DNA of 64,000 nucleotides from Lingula anatina (taxonomy: Eukaryota; Animalia; Brachiopoda): the NCBI GenBank assembly GCA_051362555.1, contig CM120644.1, forward strand, positions 15,708,534-15,772,533, read 5' to 3'. Under the pieces are notes generated by a model. It saw nothing but the letters and a program-made list of their open reading frames with translations. It was not told the origin of the DNA and did not search any database. A program made the translations under genes and the position numbers. How positions within the stretch are numbered: the first letter of the stretch is position 1; the number at the start of each line of letters is the position of its first letter. Shown one piece after another: positions 50,501 through 63,143 of this stretch.

Positions 50501-52128
50501 ACTGTGGAATATGTACATTTATACATTTTTATATATTGAATAAAGAATGTAAACATGATACTCTCTTTTGTTTTGAGGGACCAGTGCCTATAACCAATTT
50601 TGCCTAAGTTCCAACAATATATAAAAAGCTGTAAAAATATTCAAAACAGTTAATATAAATTTTTATAGGATCCTATAAGATTTCCTATAGGATCCTATAG
50701 GAAATTGGGCCAATTTCCTATAGGAACCTATAGGAAATTCTATAGGATCCTATAGGATATTCTATAGGATCCTATAGGAAATTGGGCCAATTTCCTATAG
50801 GAACCTATAGGAAATTCTATAGGATCCTATAGGATATTCTATAGGATCCTATAGGAAATTGGGCCAATTTCCTATAGGAACCTATAGGAAATTCTATAGG
50901 ATCCTATAGGAAATTTCCTATAGGAATCCTATAGGAAATTTTCGTAAGGGTTCAAAAGAATTTCAGTTACATGTGCCAACAAAATCAAGGTGACATTGAA
51001 AGTATAAAGAAAGGTCTGGTTGCTATTCCCTGCCATTGCTTTGGGGACCATCGCCATTGCAGCAGCTCTTGGTGTGGACATTTAAAGAATCCAGAGAGCC
51101 ACAAATTTAGATCACTTCCTTATGGCCGTCCACTGAATGATCCCAGCCTAAAGGCGAAACTTCAACAAATATTTGGACATTTTAATCCAGAAAAACTTTG
51201 TAATTTGAAAAGCACTCAAGCTAATGAAAATTTGAATAACATTATAGCAAGCAAAGCACCTAAATCTAAGTATTATAGTGGTTCAGAAAGCCTGAATTTC
51301 AGAGTAGGAGCTGCAGTGGCACAAAAGAACGAAGGCCAGTCATATGTACCTGAGGTTTGACTAGTACTGCAATTTATTAAAACAGATCAATATTTTTAAA
51401 TAAAAGTACATGAAGTATGCATTACTAAGCATCAAAAGTACAAACATATGAGATATCTATCTTAATTACCCTTGCATATGCCAGTTTAATTTATAATGTT
51501 TTAACAATTTTATTTTTTTAAATTAAGGTAAATAGAAGAGTTGGTGTCTCTCCAGGCGCAAACACCATAGCTTTAGCAAAAAAACTAGACTCATTGAAGA
51601 AGAAAAACAAAATAAAAAGATCAAACAGAAAGGCTAAACTCAGGAGGCTCCAGCTGAAAGCTATCAAATATTCTAAAAAGAGTGCCCAAGAGCTGAGGGA
51701 AGGAACATCCTATTCCACCAATATTGATATTGAAACAGGTAAGCTTCACTAAGGAATGTGTAGTGTGCTTTGCACTTATTAAAATTCAAGGCATAAATGT
51801 TACAACTTTTGATTTGAGTACTATAATCTGCAACTGTTTGATCTGATGTATTTCTTAATCATTTTAATAAAGTTTAAGCAATGTATATTATAAAACTATA
51901 TATATGTATATATATATAGATGCACCGGATACAGAAAGGATTCCTCCACCATTAAAGCAACCTACTACCAAGTCTGTATGCCTGAACAATGTGCCATTGG
52001 TATATTTTGATCTAGAGACAACTGGTTTAGGTATGCATCCAATCCTATTATATATTTTGATTTAAATTTGCTTAGAATATGAACATTGATTATATAGGGC
52101 CTGCTTGTATTACCATTGTTATTCCTGT

Positions 52129-52177
<49 letters not shown>

Positions 52178-55100
52178 CTACTTTGTTTTAGGAACAAATG
52201 CTCATATCACACAGATAGCAGCCCAGGGATCGATGGGAAAATTCAATGAGTATGTGATTCCTAAGAAGTGCATCACTGCTGAGGCTTCTGCCATCACTGG
52301 CATTAAGGTGCTGGGAGGACAAATTTACCACCATGATCAGCCAGTGGAAGCCTTAAAGATAAGAGCAGCATTGCAGAGGTTTATCCAGTTTCTTGATCAG
52401 AGTAACCCAGTTCTTTTGGTTGGGCACAACATTCGCTCGTTTGATTCAAGGGTGTTGTGTAATGCAGCAAAAGCATGTGGCATGTTGGGAGCACTTGAAA
52501 AAAATGTGTGTTCCTTTTTTGACACTCTCCCATTTTTTAGACAGGTCTTGCCAGGCACTCTCCCATTTTTTAGACAGGTCTTGCCAGGCACTCTCCCATT
52601 TTTTAGACAGATCTTGCCAGGCAGGAAATCATATAGGCAAGAGGAATTAGTTTATGATTGTCTTGCAGTAAAGTACCCTGCACATGATGCACGTGAGGAT
52701 GTTGAAATATTGAAAAAATTAGTTGATTCCTTTACACCTTGTCCTGAAACCATGGCAAAGCACTGTTTTGATGTTAATTTTGTTAAAGAGTCATTGGTAG
52801 CGTTGGCAGCGAAGAAGAAAAATCTAGAAACTCTTGGTCCCATTAAAAATCTCGTCAGTAAATCCATGCTAGAGAAGATTGCTAGCAGTGGCCTACAGTT
52901 AAAACACATAAAGCTAGCATTTGACAGAAACAGTCATCAGGGAGTTGCTGATCTTTTAGGTGAAAAAATGAAAAATGGAAAACCAAGAGTAACAAAATCT
53001 ATTAAAATTATATCATCAGTTGTGTCTTTTTTCCATTAGGCACTGGTAAAGTTTATTTCTTGAACTGTTAAAGTGCAATATGTTGTTATTGTTGGATTTT
53101 TGACTTTTTGAGTGGTGCTGGTACATACAACATTAATGAGATTACTCTGATCAAGAAATTGGATAAACCTCTGCAGTGCTGCTCATTTTTTTTTTTTTTT
53201 TGGGGGGGGGGTGAGCCAAAAAGTAACATTCATGTTATATTCATTACATAGATAAATAACAATGGCAATAAACTATTTTCACATGAATGATGTATTTCCT
53301 TTATTACTCTCTTCAGTAAATCTGTAGTAAAGTTTATGGCTTACACCTTTGCTTCAGTATGACAAATCTGAAAATAGCTAGTATACTCACTTCAGCTGTT
53401 AAACATAATGAAAGTTTTGAATATACTTGGATGTCTCTCCTCAAAAACCAAAAATAAAAATTAAAAATTCGAATATAAGAAAATCATAAACAAATACCGC
53501 TTTAGAGAAAAAACACCCATTTTCCCATTGATTTGAATGGGGACTAGTGCATCACGCAGGGTGTAATGAACTTCAACTTGGCGTAGTTCTCTTATTTGGT
53601 CGGTGACCCCCAATTTTTTTTCCAAAATTTAAATGAACTTGGATGCCTCTTTACATAAAATAATTTTTTTTAAAGATTCAAACGTTAGAAAATCATTAAA
53701 AATAACCTATTAGTGAAAAAACACCCATTTTCCCATTGATTTGAATGGGGACTAGTGCGATATGCAGGGTGTAATGCACTTCAACTTGGCGTAGTTTTCT
53801 TATTTGGTCGGTGACCCCCAATTTTTTTTCCAAAATTTAAATGTACTTGGATGCCTCTTTACACAAAATAATTTTCAAAAAAATTCAAATGTTAGAAATT
53901 CATAAAAAATGTCGTTTTAGTGAAAAAACACCCATTTTCCCATTGAATTGAATGGGGACTAGTGCGTCACACAGGGTGTAATGAACTTCAACTTGGCGTA
54001 GTTCTCTTATTTGGTCGGTGACCCCCAATTTTTTTTGTAAAATTTAAATGTACTTGGATACCCCTTTACACAAAATTTTTTTTAAAAAAATTCGAACGTT
54101 AGAAAATCACAGAAAATAATGATTTAGTAAAAAAACACCCATTTTCCCATTGATTTGAATGGGGACTAGTGCGATATGCAGGGTGTAACATATTTGGGCA
54201 TAGTTCTCTTATTTGGTCGGTGACCCCCAATTTTTTTTTGCAAATTTTTAATGTTCTTGGGTGTCTCTTCAAACAAAAAAATTTTTAAAAAAATTCGAAC
54301 GTTGGAACATGTAACGACCGATCTACCTTAAGCCGGTTATGCTGACAGCAATCCAGTGAGACTCCCCAGGGGGATAGAACGATCTAAATATATGTGGGAA
54401 TGGTCTCTAAGGCGAGGTTTACCTGAGTAAATTAAGGGGAAGCGGACTCTCTATCATGGGTAAGACTCTCTGCCATTTCACACTGGGTATTAAAAAAAAC
54501 AATCACATAATAACGTTCCACCGTTGCGTTTTGCTATCCATTTGAACTCAGGCTAGCTGTGTGAATTTTCAACAATAAACGGTGCATTGTTCCCATATTT
54601 CAAACATAATGTCTTTGATATTTTTCCATCCATACATATATTACCATCCGAAAGTTGACTACATGAGCATGTATACACTGTAATTTCCTTAAAAAGCCTA
54701 GACTGGATATTTCATTATTTTATAGTCAGTAAACTATCAGTCTTCTATGTCACCGCACATTAAAATACACAATGCGTTATTTTTTCATCGCTTTAAAGAA
54801 ATCAACATAAACATTTCAGATGCCAAACGATTACCCTTCGGTGACGGGATCAGACCACTGGATACAAAAATTCCGCACGATATTCAGATGCTACGACATA
54901 AACGCTGACGGCTACCTGACAGAGGAGGACTTCATGTTAAGCACTCAGCGTGCAACTGAATATTTAGGACTTGACGGTAATGGTGTAACGTAATTTTTAA
55001 AAATGCATTAAAGCAGTTGATGTGTTTCTGTGGTTTAACACAAAATGTAATATATAACGTACAGTATAATAAGTTACTGGTACACAGTAGTACGGTGTGT

Positions 55101-56021
55101 TATTTAAAAGATCTATACCTTGACCCAGTTGGCGCTTAAATATTTCACATATTTATAAGCCTATGGCTGTTTAAGTAAATTTGTTTTACATGTACCTAAT
55201 TGTTTTATTCATAATGATGCAATTACTTCAACAGTCTCATGCTCGTAGTGATGTCGCATAATGCATGAAGAATGCATAAACTGGCTTGATTGCTACCATG
55301 GGGACAAATGCCGGTAGCAATGGGTATTTAGCGAAATTTAGTGAAACTTATTCGATGAAGGGGTGTGTGGTCGGCCGGCTCAAAAAAAAATTGCACTCTG
55401 TTCATCTCTCTCTCTCTCTCTCCCTCTCTCTCTCTCTCTCCGGGTAACCGTATGAGAATTATCAAGCTGTCATTTTCGAGCACAATTCTAACTTTGAATG
55501 AAAGTTATATTGAAAATGCATGGGGCGCCATGTATATCTGATAGTTTGTTTCAATTTTTCTCTTTCCATTTTTAGACAGGAAAGCAAAGCATCTTTTACA
55601 TCAACGCCTTACCTTTTGGGGAATAATTCCGAAAAGCCCAGAAGACCCGTCCAAGGTTACAGAGAAAGATTTCTTAAGGAATATATCCTCGGTCGTTAAC
55701 GAAGATAGTTTTCGACAAAAGTATCTCCTAAATATTTTAACCGTGGACTTCAAAACCATGGACTTAGACGGCGACGGATTTGCATCCGAGGACCAATTCG
55801 CGGCTTTCTTTTACAGTTTGAATGTTCCAATCGACAAATCGAGGGAAATGTTTGGCATGTTGGACGACGACAAAGATGGTTTCATATCCATGGACGAATT
55901 TGCCCACGTATTTATGGAGTACTTTTTTACCGAGGATCCAGAAAACGCATACAACGAGTTATACGGACCACTGGCCGAAGAAGTGATGCTTCTTTCTGCC
56001 AAAAATAAAGGAAAATGTTAA
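44559..56021 (+). CDS. SCP/luciferin-binding-protein-like EF-hand protein B with putative mitochondrial leader (264 aa; exons 44559-44750, 54820-54976, 55576-56021)
   Basis: Leader MSKFFQRSWWVQRLVQSSRGL...PCVQPCRGLKKQPDVPPFRK|GTGGGT (phase 0, CACCATG context). Core CAG|ATG MPNDYPSVTGSDHWIQKFRTIFRCYDINADGYLTEED; EF4 DDDKDGFISMDE; 13-aa C-terminal extension. Confidence 0.7.
44897..45082. mobile_element. MITE with 5-bp TSD (GAGGG); same family as 2956-3120
   Basis: AAGGCCTGTAGCCAG ... GGCTACGGGCCTG flanked by GAGGG on both sides. Confidence 0.7.
45649..45746. mobile_element. 98-bp palindromic CCC...GGG MITE with 2-bp TA TSD
   Basis: TA-CCCAGCAGGCAAACGACATTGATTC ... GAATCAATGTCGTTTGTCTGCTGGG-TA. 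Confidence 0.8.
49078..50950. mobile_element. Non-autonomous EnSpm/CACTA-like element (1.87 kb) with CCTATAGG subterminal arrays, nested in the transposase
   Basis: CCCTTATGAAAATTTCCTATAGGAT ... ATCCTATAGGAAATTTTCGTAAGGG with a 2-bp TT TSD; removal restores KYI-QKNFSYMCQQ in frame. Confidence 0.85.
52524..52622 (+). repeat. In-frame 33-bp tandem triplication (TLPFFRQVLPG x3) in the exonuclease exon
   Basis: ACTCTCCCATTTTTTAGACAGGTCTTGCCAGGC repeated three times, with one substitution in the third copy. Confidence 0.9.
53420..54300. repeat. ~208-bp subterminal tandem repeat (about four copies) of the Kolobok element
   Basis: AAAAAACACCCATTTTCCCATTGATTTGAATGGGGACTAGTGC recurs at about 53508, 53716, 53923 and 54130. 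Confidence 0.85.
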
Positions 56022-56467
56022 TACCCAGGTGTACCTCAAATCACCTCATTTTAATTGGAATTTTATTTTTCTGAGATTGATTGTTTATGGTTGTACGCTA
56101 TATTATGAGTGAGAAAAGGTGATGAGCGTCCCGTCTGGTCTTTTCGCTACCAATGAAAACCACCTTTTATTTCCCGAAATGCACGAAACGTTCATTTCAT
56201 TTAACGTGATCCTTGAAGCACCGCGTTCTCGTGACTCGTGATTGTGGTTTTTTATTCTTCGCCCTTCGTGAAACGAAGTAATTATACCCGGTGATGCGCA
56301 TCATGAGTGAGGTATGAATTAAGTTTAATTTACTGTGATTTGTGAATGAATGGTTTTATTTCTCGTGAATTTTGGTCTACCACCATCCCATTTATTATCA
56401 TGGGCTGGTTGTGAAGATAAGTCTCGAGTTTTGGTCTGAAATATTTTTCATGTTTTTCTTTTCCATG

Positions 56468-56498
<31 letters not shown>

Positions 56499-56867
56499 TT
56501 GTTATAAAGTGCAATTATTAAATTGGCCTAATTCCGATTTATATTAGTTCAAAGTAGATTGTGCCTTTGTTCTCAATGTTGAGACTTATTACATGTGTAT
56601 AGCTAAGCTTATCCTGTGAAACAGGTCCCAAATATAGACGAGCCATGTCAAAAAGGACATATAGTCGGACTAAATGAGTCGAACCGACGATAAATCAAAA
56701 TGAATGGCACATTTTACCTTGTACTGAATTTGCCTAAACATTGTGCTTGTGTTGTCGTTCATGGTCGTGTTGATAATGCTTTGAAAAGCTGGAGGTGGTT
56801 ACTCTGCATGTAGGAAATTATATTCTGAACGATAAATTATTATTATTATTACTATTATTATTATTAT

Positions 56868-56912
<45 letters not shown>

Positions 56913-57053
56913 AGATTCTAATATTGTGCCATTAATTCCGTCTTGAAATAAACCTCAGTTACTATACAGTATTTTCTCATACTAAATTTTAATTGAAATT
57001 TTAATGGAAATTACATATATCCAGGATTCAATGTTGAGTCCTAGCAGATATAA

Positions 57054-58482
57054 AGCCTAGGTCAAACTGCGCTTGCAACCTCTTGGCAGCCTCTTTGCAA
57101 CCTCAGTCGCAAGGAGATTGCCATAGGTTTAAAAGTGGTCGCATAAGGTTGCTAACAGGTCGCCTGCGATCGTTGACATATGAAGGCCATTTTTTGTGCA
57201 CCGACAACCAGGCCCCGTATCTCGAAAGCATCGCGTATTGCGAATCGCTATATCAAATAGAGGCTACAATGTATTATATGGGACTAGTATGGGTGAGTTA
57301 TGGAATCGAGACACTTGCTCACGTGCGCAAGCGTCTCGATTCCATGGCCCCGTATCTCGAAATAGAATCGGTTATGGAATCGAGTCGCTTGCGCACGTGC
57401 GCAACATAGCGAACCTTTCGAGATACGGAACCCAGTTCTACCAGTTCGATATCCTAAAGGTTGCCTATCGGTCTCTTCTTGGTTGCCAGTAGGTTGAATA
57501 ACCAGAAGCATGCCACTTGCAACTACACGGTTGATTGACGGTATTTAGTCGTCTGGTCGCTTAAAATATGCCGATTCCCTCAATGTTTTATCGCTCTATG
57601 TCATTTAAAATCTGCAAAGCCATTATCTGAGTAAACAATGGAACAAATACACGAATGGAGAGAAAACGGAAAATAGAAATATTTAATCAACCATGTATAA
57701 TTGCTATTTATTATCATATTTTCAACCATTAAAATTATTTACAAACAATGTAACAGAACTTTAAATTAGTCCAATAATCTTAAATAAAAATAGTTTCAAT
57801 ACATACAATTTAACATCCTTCCAGTGCTTGGTATCCTTACTACAAGGATGAGACTGTGAAAAGTAAGCGGAAAACGCCTGGGGTTAAAAAGACAAAGGGA
57901 AAACCACACATTCGGTTGCAAATCAGTTGGAAAGCAGTCGGTGACCTGTTAGCAACCGGTAGGATACCACAAGTAGGTTTTTCGGAGGCCAGGAGGTTAT
58001 CGGTGCTGCACAGAAAACTGGCGCAACCTGATATTAACACAACGTTCATTTGGAAACCACTTTTCGAGTTGTTACAACCAGTCGCCGACCTTTTTGAAAC
58101 CGGTGACAGCTGCAAGTCGCAAAGAGGTTTTTTTGTTCATTGTGATCTTAACCGCACAGGCCTTGCGACCTCAAAGAGATCAAGTATTTATACATGAACA
58201 AGAAAATATAAAAGAGTGTTATAAGATTTATAAGGATTAAAACATATTCAAATTTATATTTTCATTACATCACTGCTTTCGTTAGGCGAGGGTGTAGTCT
58301 GTTCAAAAGTTCGAAAAACATTGCTGTTGTAATTTTAGACCTTGTTGCAATCGGTTTGCGACTGCTTGCCGATCAAAATTGGCCATAGCTTCTTAATTAG
58401 CTCGCAAAGTGATCACATGCAACCGCCAGATTTTGTGTTTGAAAAAAGAGTAAAAGGTTGCAAGCGCAGTGTGACCCAGACT
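57054..58482. mobile_element. Harbinger-like non-autonomous element (~1.4 kb); partial paralog at ~62290-62657
   Basis: AGCCTAGGTCAAACTGCGCTTGCAACC ... GGTTGCAAGCGCAGTGTGACCCAGACT inverted ends, TAA/TTA flanks, many GCAACC/GGTTGC motifs. Confidence 0.55.
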
Positions 58483-58952
58483 TTAAGTATCTCCACCATT
58501 TTGGCTTCTGATGCTGAAGGTCCCAGGAAACATACTATCGTCTTACTTCTGATAATAACGTATGAGCGATGGTGGATCGTATGACGGACTCTGGGACGGT
58601 GGTACCGATTCGCAACGGCGGATCGTTGCGTTATTATGTCGTACAGTTTGTAAGTCCAGGGTATTATCATGCTATGTTATATCACATCGTTGGATTAATC
58701 AGAAAATCCATTCGTTCAGTGAGCGTTATACATGTACCTTGATGTCATTTTTCCAGGAAATGTCCTCAGTTTTTCATGCTGAAATGTGTTAGTTTTGCAT
58801 TCTGAAGGCATTCTGGTCATCGAGATGATGCTAGCTGAGTTTCCCTACTTATTTTACCCACTGCTTTTGAAAACTTCCATCACCAATTCCCAAATCAACG
58901 TAACTCGCTTATTACTTCAATGCATCCCTTTTAAAAAGAGAAAGTACAAGTA

Positions 58953-61181
58953 CTAGTCGACCAATGGTCCAAAGAATTCATTATATTTATTATCGGGATC
59001 TTCAGTTAACCAAAACTCCATATGGGCCTCTGCATACTCTGCAAGGGATATAAAACCGTCCTTCTCTGCGTCCATCACATCAAAGATGTCCTTCGAGTGC
59101 TCAACGGGGACGTGGATGCCGTAGAAAAAAGCGGCGTGTTCTTCCTTGGAAATAAACCCATCGCCGTCGAGGTCCATCCCATTGAAAGTAGTCGCGATGA
59201 GTTTTACGTGCAATTCTTGTCGGTAGTTGACCCAGTTGACGAATGATAAACTATGCTGCACATATTCGTCTACTGAAATCTTGGCCGTTGTGTCGTCTTC
59301 TGAGTCTTTGACGAGGGATTTCCAGACTGCGAGACGTTCGTTTAGAATGCGTTCGGCTTTCTCATCTGAAAGAGGCGAGGGCAGATATTAAGGGAGCATT
59401 CCCATCGAAAAGAGCTAAGGTCTAGTAAGGCCTCGACCTAAATATGGCTGACTTACATGAAAGGAAGACCGCCTAAGCCATTTTGATTAAAATGGTCTCT
59501 CCGCCTCTCACACGCCTCCCTGCGCGTTGTCCCTTCAGGGGCTCACAAGTTAAATATCGGCTCAATTTAACTGGTCGAAGGACAACGCGTGGTGAGGTCA
59601 GCCATATTAAGGTCACGGCCTTATTAGACCTCGGCTCATCTCGATGTGAATGCTCTCTTTTAGTTAGTATGTACGGTTTATGGCTGTATTACCAGAGCTT
59701 TTAGATCGATCTATCCCCGCGGGGAGTCTCACTAGATTACAGTCAGATAATCCGGCTTAAATGTCCGTCCCGCCTACTGCAAGCTGTAAGGGGTAATTAA
59801 CTTTCGTGTCCGCTCGGCTGACAGCTATTTAGCGTGAACCCCCAGGGAGTTAGGTCGATCTAAAGTAGATCGATCTAATCTCTGGAAATGGGGTCTAAGT
59901 CTCTTGCTTACAAAGATTGCGTTTTGTATTATTTATTTATTTATTTCATTTATTTGCTTGTTTTTTCGTATCAAACATGTAAATCTATGGTCATTGAGAG
60001 AGAGAAGAGAGAGAGAAGTTCTGATCTTCCGACTCGCTTTATTACGAATTCGATGATTTGATGTATTTCAAATAGTCTGCGTGGTCATCCTTTTCATCTT
60101 ATTTCACCTAGCTTGCCGTTTTTAGATGTCATTATCTGTTCAAAGATGGTGAGAAGTTAGGTAGAGGGGTTAGGTCCTAAGGGGTTTGCTTTCAAAATTT
60201 CGCTGAGGAGGCAATACACAGATGGTTAAATAATGAATAAACTGTAGCACCAAAAACAGTTTCTTTTGAAAGGGGGGGGGGGGGCAGAATTCACCATTTT
60301 GTTTCATAATGGGGAAAGTGAGTACTTAGTCCTTACGGATTTACCTAATTATACGCAAGTATAAAATGAGTGGAATATAATAAAAACTTTAAAATTAATG
60401 CGAGGAAGGGGGATAATTAATAAACATTGAAAACGGTGTGATTTATTTAAGCGCGTTTTTTAAGAAAATTACCATCAATATCCAAATACTGGACAACACG
60501 GCGGACCCCAATCACCCAGTCTTCTCTAGTGATGCAGCCATCTGAGTTCGAATCTAAGCACTTGAATACGGTGCGAACTTTTCTTCTCCAGTGTTCCGAG
60601 CCAGTCACAAGCGGGTAGTCCGCCGGCATCTACACGGTAGATATTTCAATGAACAAGATCCAGAATCATTGAACAAATAAGGCATAAAAAGCTGAATTGT
60701 TGTACTCTCTATATATACATGTATATGTATATAAACGCGTGCGGAAATGTCCTTATCGTCGCCAGTCCAGAGTGCATTTACCCAACTGCATTGGATATTG
60801 ACACTTTTGATCATTTTCCTCCACACCCTCACAAAAAATTAAAGATAAAAAACCTTCTCCATTTTTGTAAGAGATATGTATTACATTCATGTATTATGTT
60901 TAGTTTTGTAAAATGCAGCATGCCCCATCTCTCATTTAACTTACTTTTTTAAAACTCAGTGGTTGGGTTGTCAAGCCTCGGGCAGGTCTACACGATGTGG
61001 GGAAACCTGCAATCAAACATGGTCGAAAAGTAATCCGAGGTCTCCAGGATGTCTTAATCCTTATTAATCCCCGCCTTGGTTGGATAATTCTTGCTAATCC
61101 CCGGCTTGAATGTATATAAACCGGTATGTACTTAGCTAATCCTCGAGTACATGTACCAGCAACTTTCAATGGCGCAGCCAT
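58953..61181 (-). CDS. SCP/photoprotein-fold EF-hand protein C with putative mitochondrial leader (268 aa; exons 61181-60945, 60629-60473, 59365-58953)
   Basis: The 79-aa leader MAAPLKVAGTCTRGLAK...RPARGLTTQPLSFKK has no D/E, an AAACATGG start context and a phase-0 AAA|GTAAGT donor. The core starts TAG|ATG. EF loops DSNSDGCITRED, DLDGDGFISKEE, DAEKDGFISLAE. Confidence 0.8.
59690..59900 (-). repeat. Intact copy of the short repeat that hosts the Kolobok insertion
   Basis: Its reverse complement matches ~45785-45938 joined to ~54332-54410 (GGACAT-TTAA-GCCGG). Confidence 0.8.
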
Positions 61182-63143
61182 GTTTAATACCGGAAGGTGG
61201 TAGGAATATCTGTCGTGGTTATAACGCTCAACATAATGTAATGTAATGTCTACTCAGTGCAGCTAAAAATGCGTTCCACCTATGACCTACGATGAAAAGG
61301 TAGGACCTCTCCATTACTTATACACATGACAATACTGTCAATGCGTTATTTTTTACTCTCAAAAAAGAGATAATGCGATCGTGCGTTTTCTTTTGAATAA
61401 AGAGTGTAAAAAAAGTAGGTTATGTTCACCTGTGTATAAGTTATGACAGCTTAAAGCAACAGCATGCACAGCCATTGAGATAAAGGCGCCGTCACAACTG
61501 TCGCAATAAATTTAATGTATTAAGAATACTCATCATATCTGGGCTTTTCAAGCAAATTTTGCATATTCATACAATTTACCTTGTCAAATTTTAAATACTG
61601 CCCACTTGTGTGGGAATTTGTGTAGAAATCGATACCAAAAATTAGGAGAAATCCAGGAAAGGGACCTTCGGTTTGTATACAATGCCTACTAGTACGCCAG
61701 TCCTTACCATGACCTTCTAAATTTGACAGGCTAAAGTATTTTACAGATTCGTAGGCTTAGGGTACTAGTTACAGAAATATATAAAGTTGCAAAATGCTTT
61801 GCACCTGCAGTATCGGAACTCTTTCAGAGAAGAGAATCAAACTACGATCTTAAATAAATCAAACGTGATACAGGGGCGGATCCAGGATTTTTTGGAGGGT
61901 GGTCAGACTTTTCAGGACTGACAGGCCTCGGATGCGAACCCTTGGAGTGTTTTGGAGGGCAAACAGTGTCATTTCTAACGGTTAAGATCTATTAATCAAT
62001 TAGTAAAAATTCTAATTCCAAGAGGGGAATACCAGTGATTTTTTCAGAAACCTAGTCTAGACTATTTTAGGAGGGAAATGAAGTCTTCCTGAATTCCAAG
62101 TCCAAGTTCAACAAATAATGTTTGTAATAGTCTAACAAAGGGCGTCTTGCAATCCACGGTCTCACACAGTGCTTCCAATTTATTTTATTTTATTTTTTAC
62201 TTCTTAGGTAGTCAAAGCCATTGATATAGCAGTCCAATCTATTTGAAAATAAGCCATTTTACCAGACTATTTTTTTTTTTTTGTCTTCTGAGAGGGGAAT
62301 TTATGAGAAAGCAGCTACCGTCACAAGTTTGCAACATATATATTCTGTGCGACCTTGTCAACTGGCTGCTACCAGTTGACAAGCGATTGCTACAGTCCTG
62401 CAACCGGTTTTCAATCACCAAGTGGTTGCTGATAGGTTTTTTTACTGGTGTGCGACTGGTAACTTATAGCTTGAAGACAGTCTATAAGAGATTGCAGATA
62501 CCATACTGCAACCTTTTTGCAACCGGTTTGCGAGTGCTTGCCGATCAGAATTGTCCATAGCTTCTTTATAAGCTCGCAAAGTGATCACATGCGACTGCCA
62601 GATTTTGTGGTTGCAAAATGGTTGCCAAAAGGTTGCAAGCGCAGTGTGACTCAGGCTTAAAGTATCTCCACCATTTTGGCTTCTGATGCTGAAGGTCCCA
62701 GGAAACATGTCATCGCGAGAGTCTTACTTCTGATAATAAAGTATGAGGGATGGTGGATCGTAAGACGGCAAACATTGCGCGTTTCAAGTAGAAAAAGATT
62801 TGACTCAAGAACGATGGTATCGATTCGCAACGACGAATCGTTGCGTTATTATTTTGTACAGCTTGTAAGTCCAGGGTTTTATCATTACGTGATCTATCAC
62901 ACTGTTGGATTTATCAGAAAACCCATTCGTTCAGTGAGCGCTATACATCTACCTTGATGTCAGTTTTCCAGTAAATGTTCCCAGTTTTTCTTTCTGAAAT
63001 GCTCTGTTTCATTCTCAAAACATCCTGGTCATGGAGATAATGCTTATTTTATCCTGCTTTTGAAAATGTCCATCACCAATCCCCAAATCAACGCAACTCG
63101 CTTAAATTACTTCGATGCATTTCTTTTTTAAAAGTAAAAGTAC

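Larger units (their letters stand above)
47236..53039 (+). pseudogene. Spliced DDE transposase fused to a C-terminal DEDDh 3'-5' exonuclease, inactivated
   Basis: Exons 47236-47761, 47930-48107, 48270-48361, 48710-49077+50953-51354, 51528-51738, 51920-52030 and 52192-53039 join in phase. Transposase motifs: VSVDGGGQTRG, IIGDEDS, CFGDHRHC, STQANE. Exonuclease motifs: FDLETTG, VGHNIRSFD, AHDAREDV. Disabled by an in-frame TAA at 47629-47631 and a nested insertion. Confidence 0.85.
45939..54327 (+). mobile_element. Kolobok-type DNA transposon (8.4 kb) inserted in a short repeat within inferred intron 1 of gene B
   Basis: Perfect 17-bp TIR GGTAGATCGGTCGTTAC (45939-45955 / 54311-54327) and TTAA TSD (45935-45938, 54328-54331). 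An uninterrupted copy of the host repeat with one TTAA lies at 59757-59760. Confidence 0.9.

Noticed and set aside
50660-50950. CCTATAGG palindromic array as CRISPR or a regulatory array
   Set aside because: It mirrors the array at 49078-49195 and is explained as transposon subterminal repeats.
55980-56021. C-terminal KNKGKC of gene B as a prenylation signal
   Set aside because: A single terminal Cys does not fit CaaX, CC or CxC, and it is not conserved in paralogs.
57083-57511. Overlapping 75-108 aa ORFs with internal repeats
   Set aside because: They lie within repeat-derived DNA (duplicated GGCCCCGTATCTCGAAA units) with no recognisable domain.
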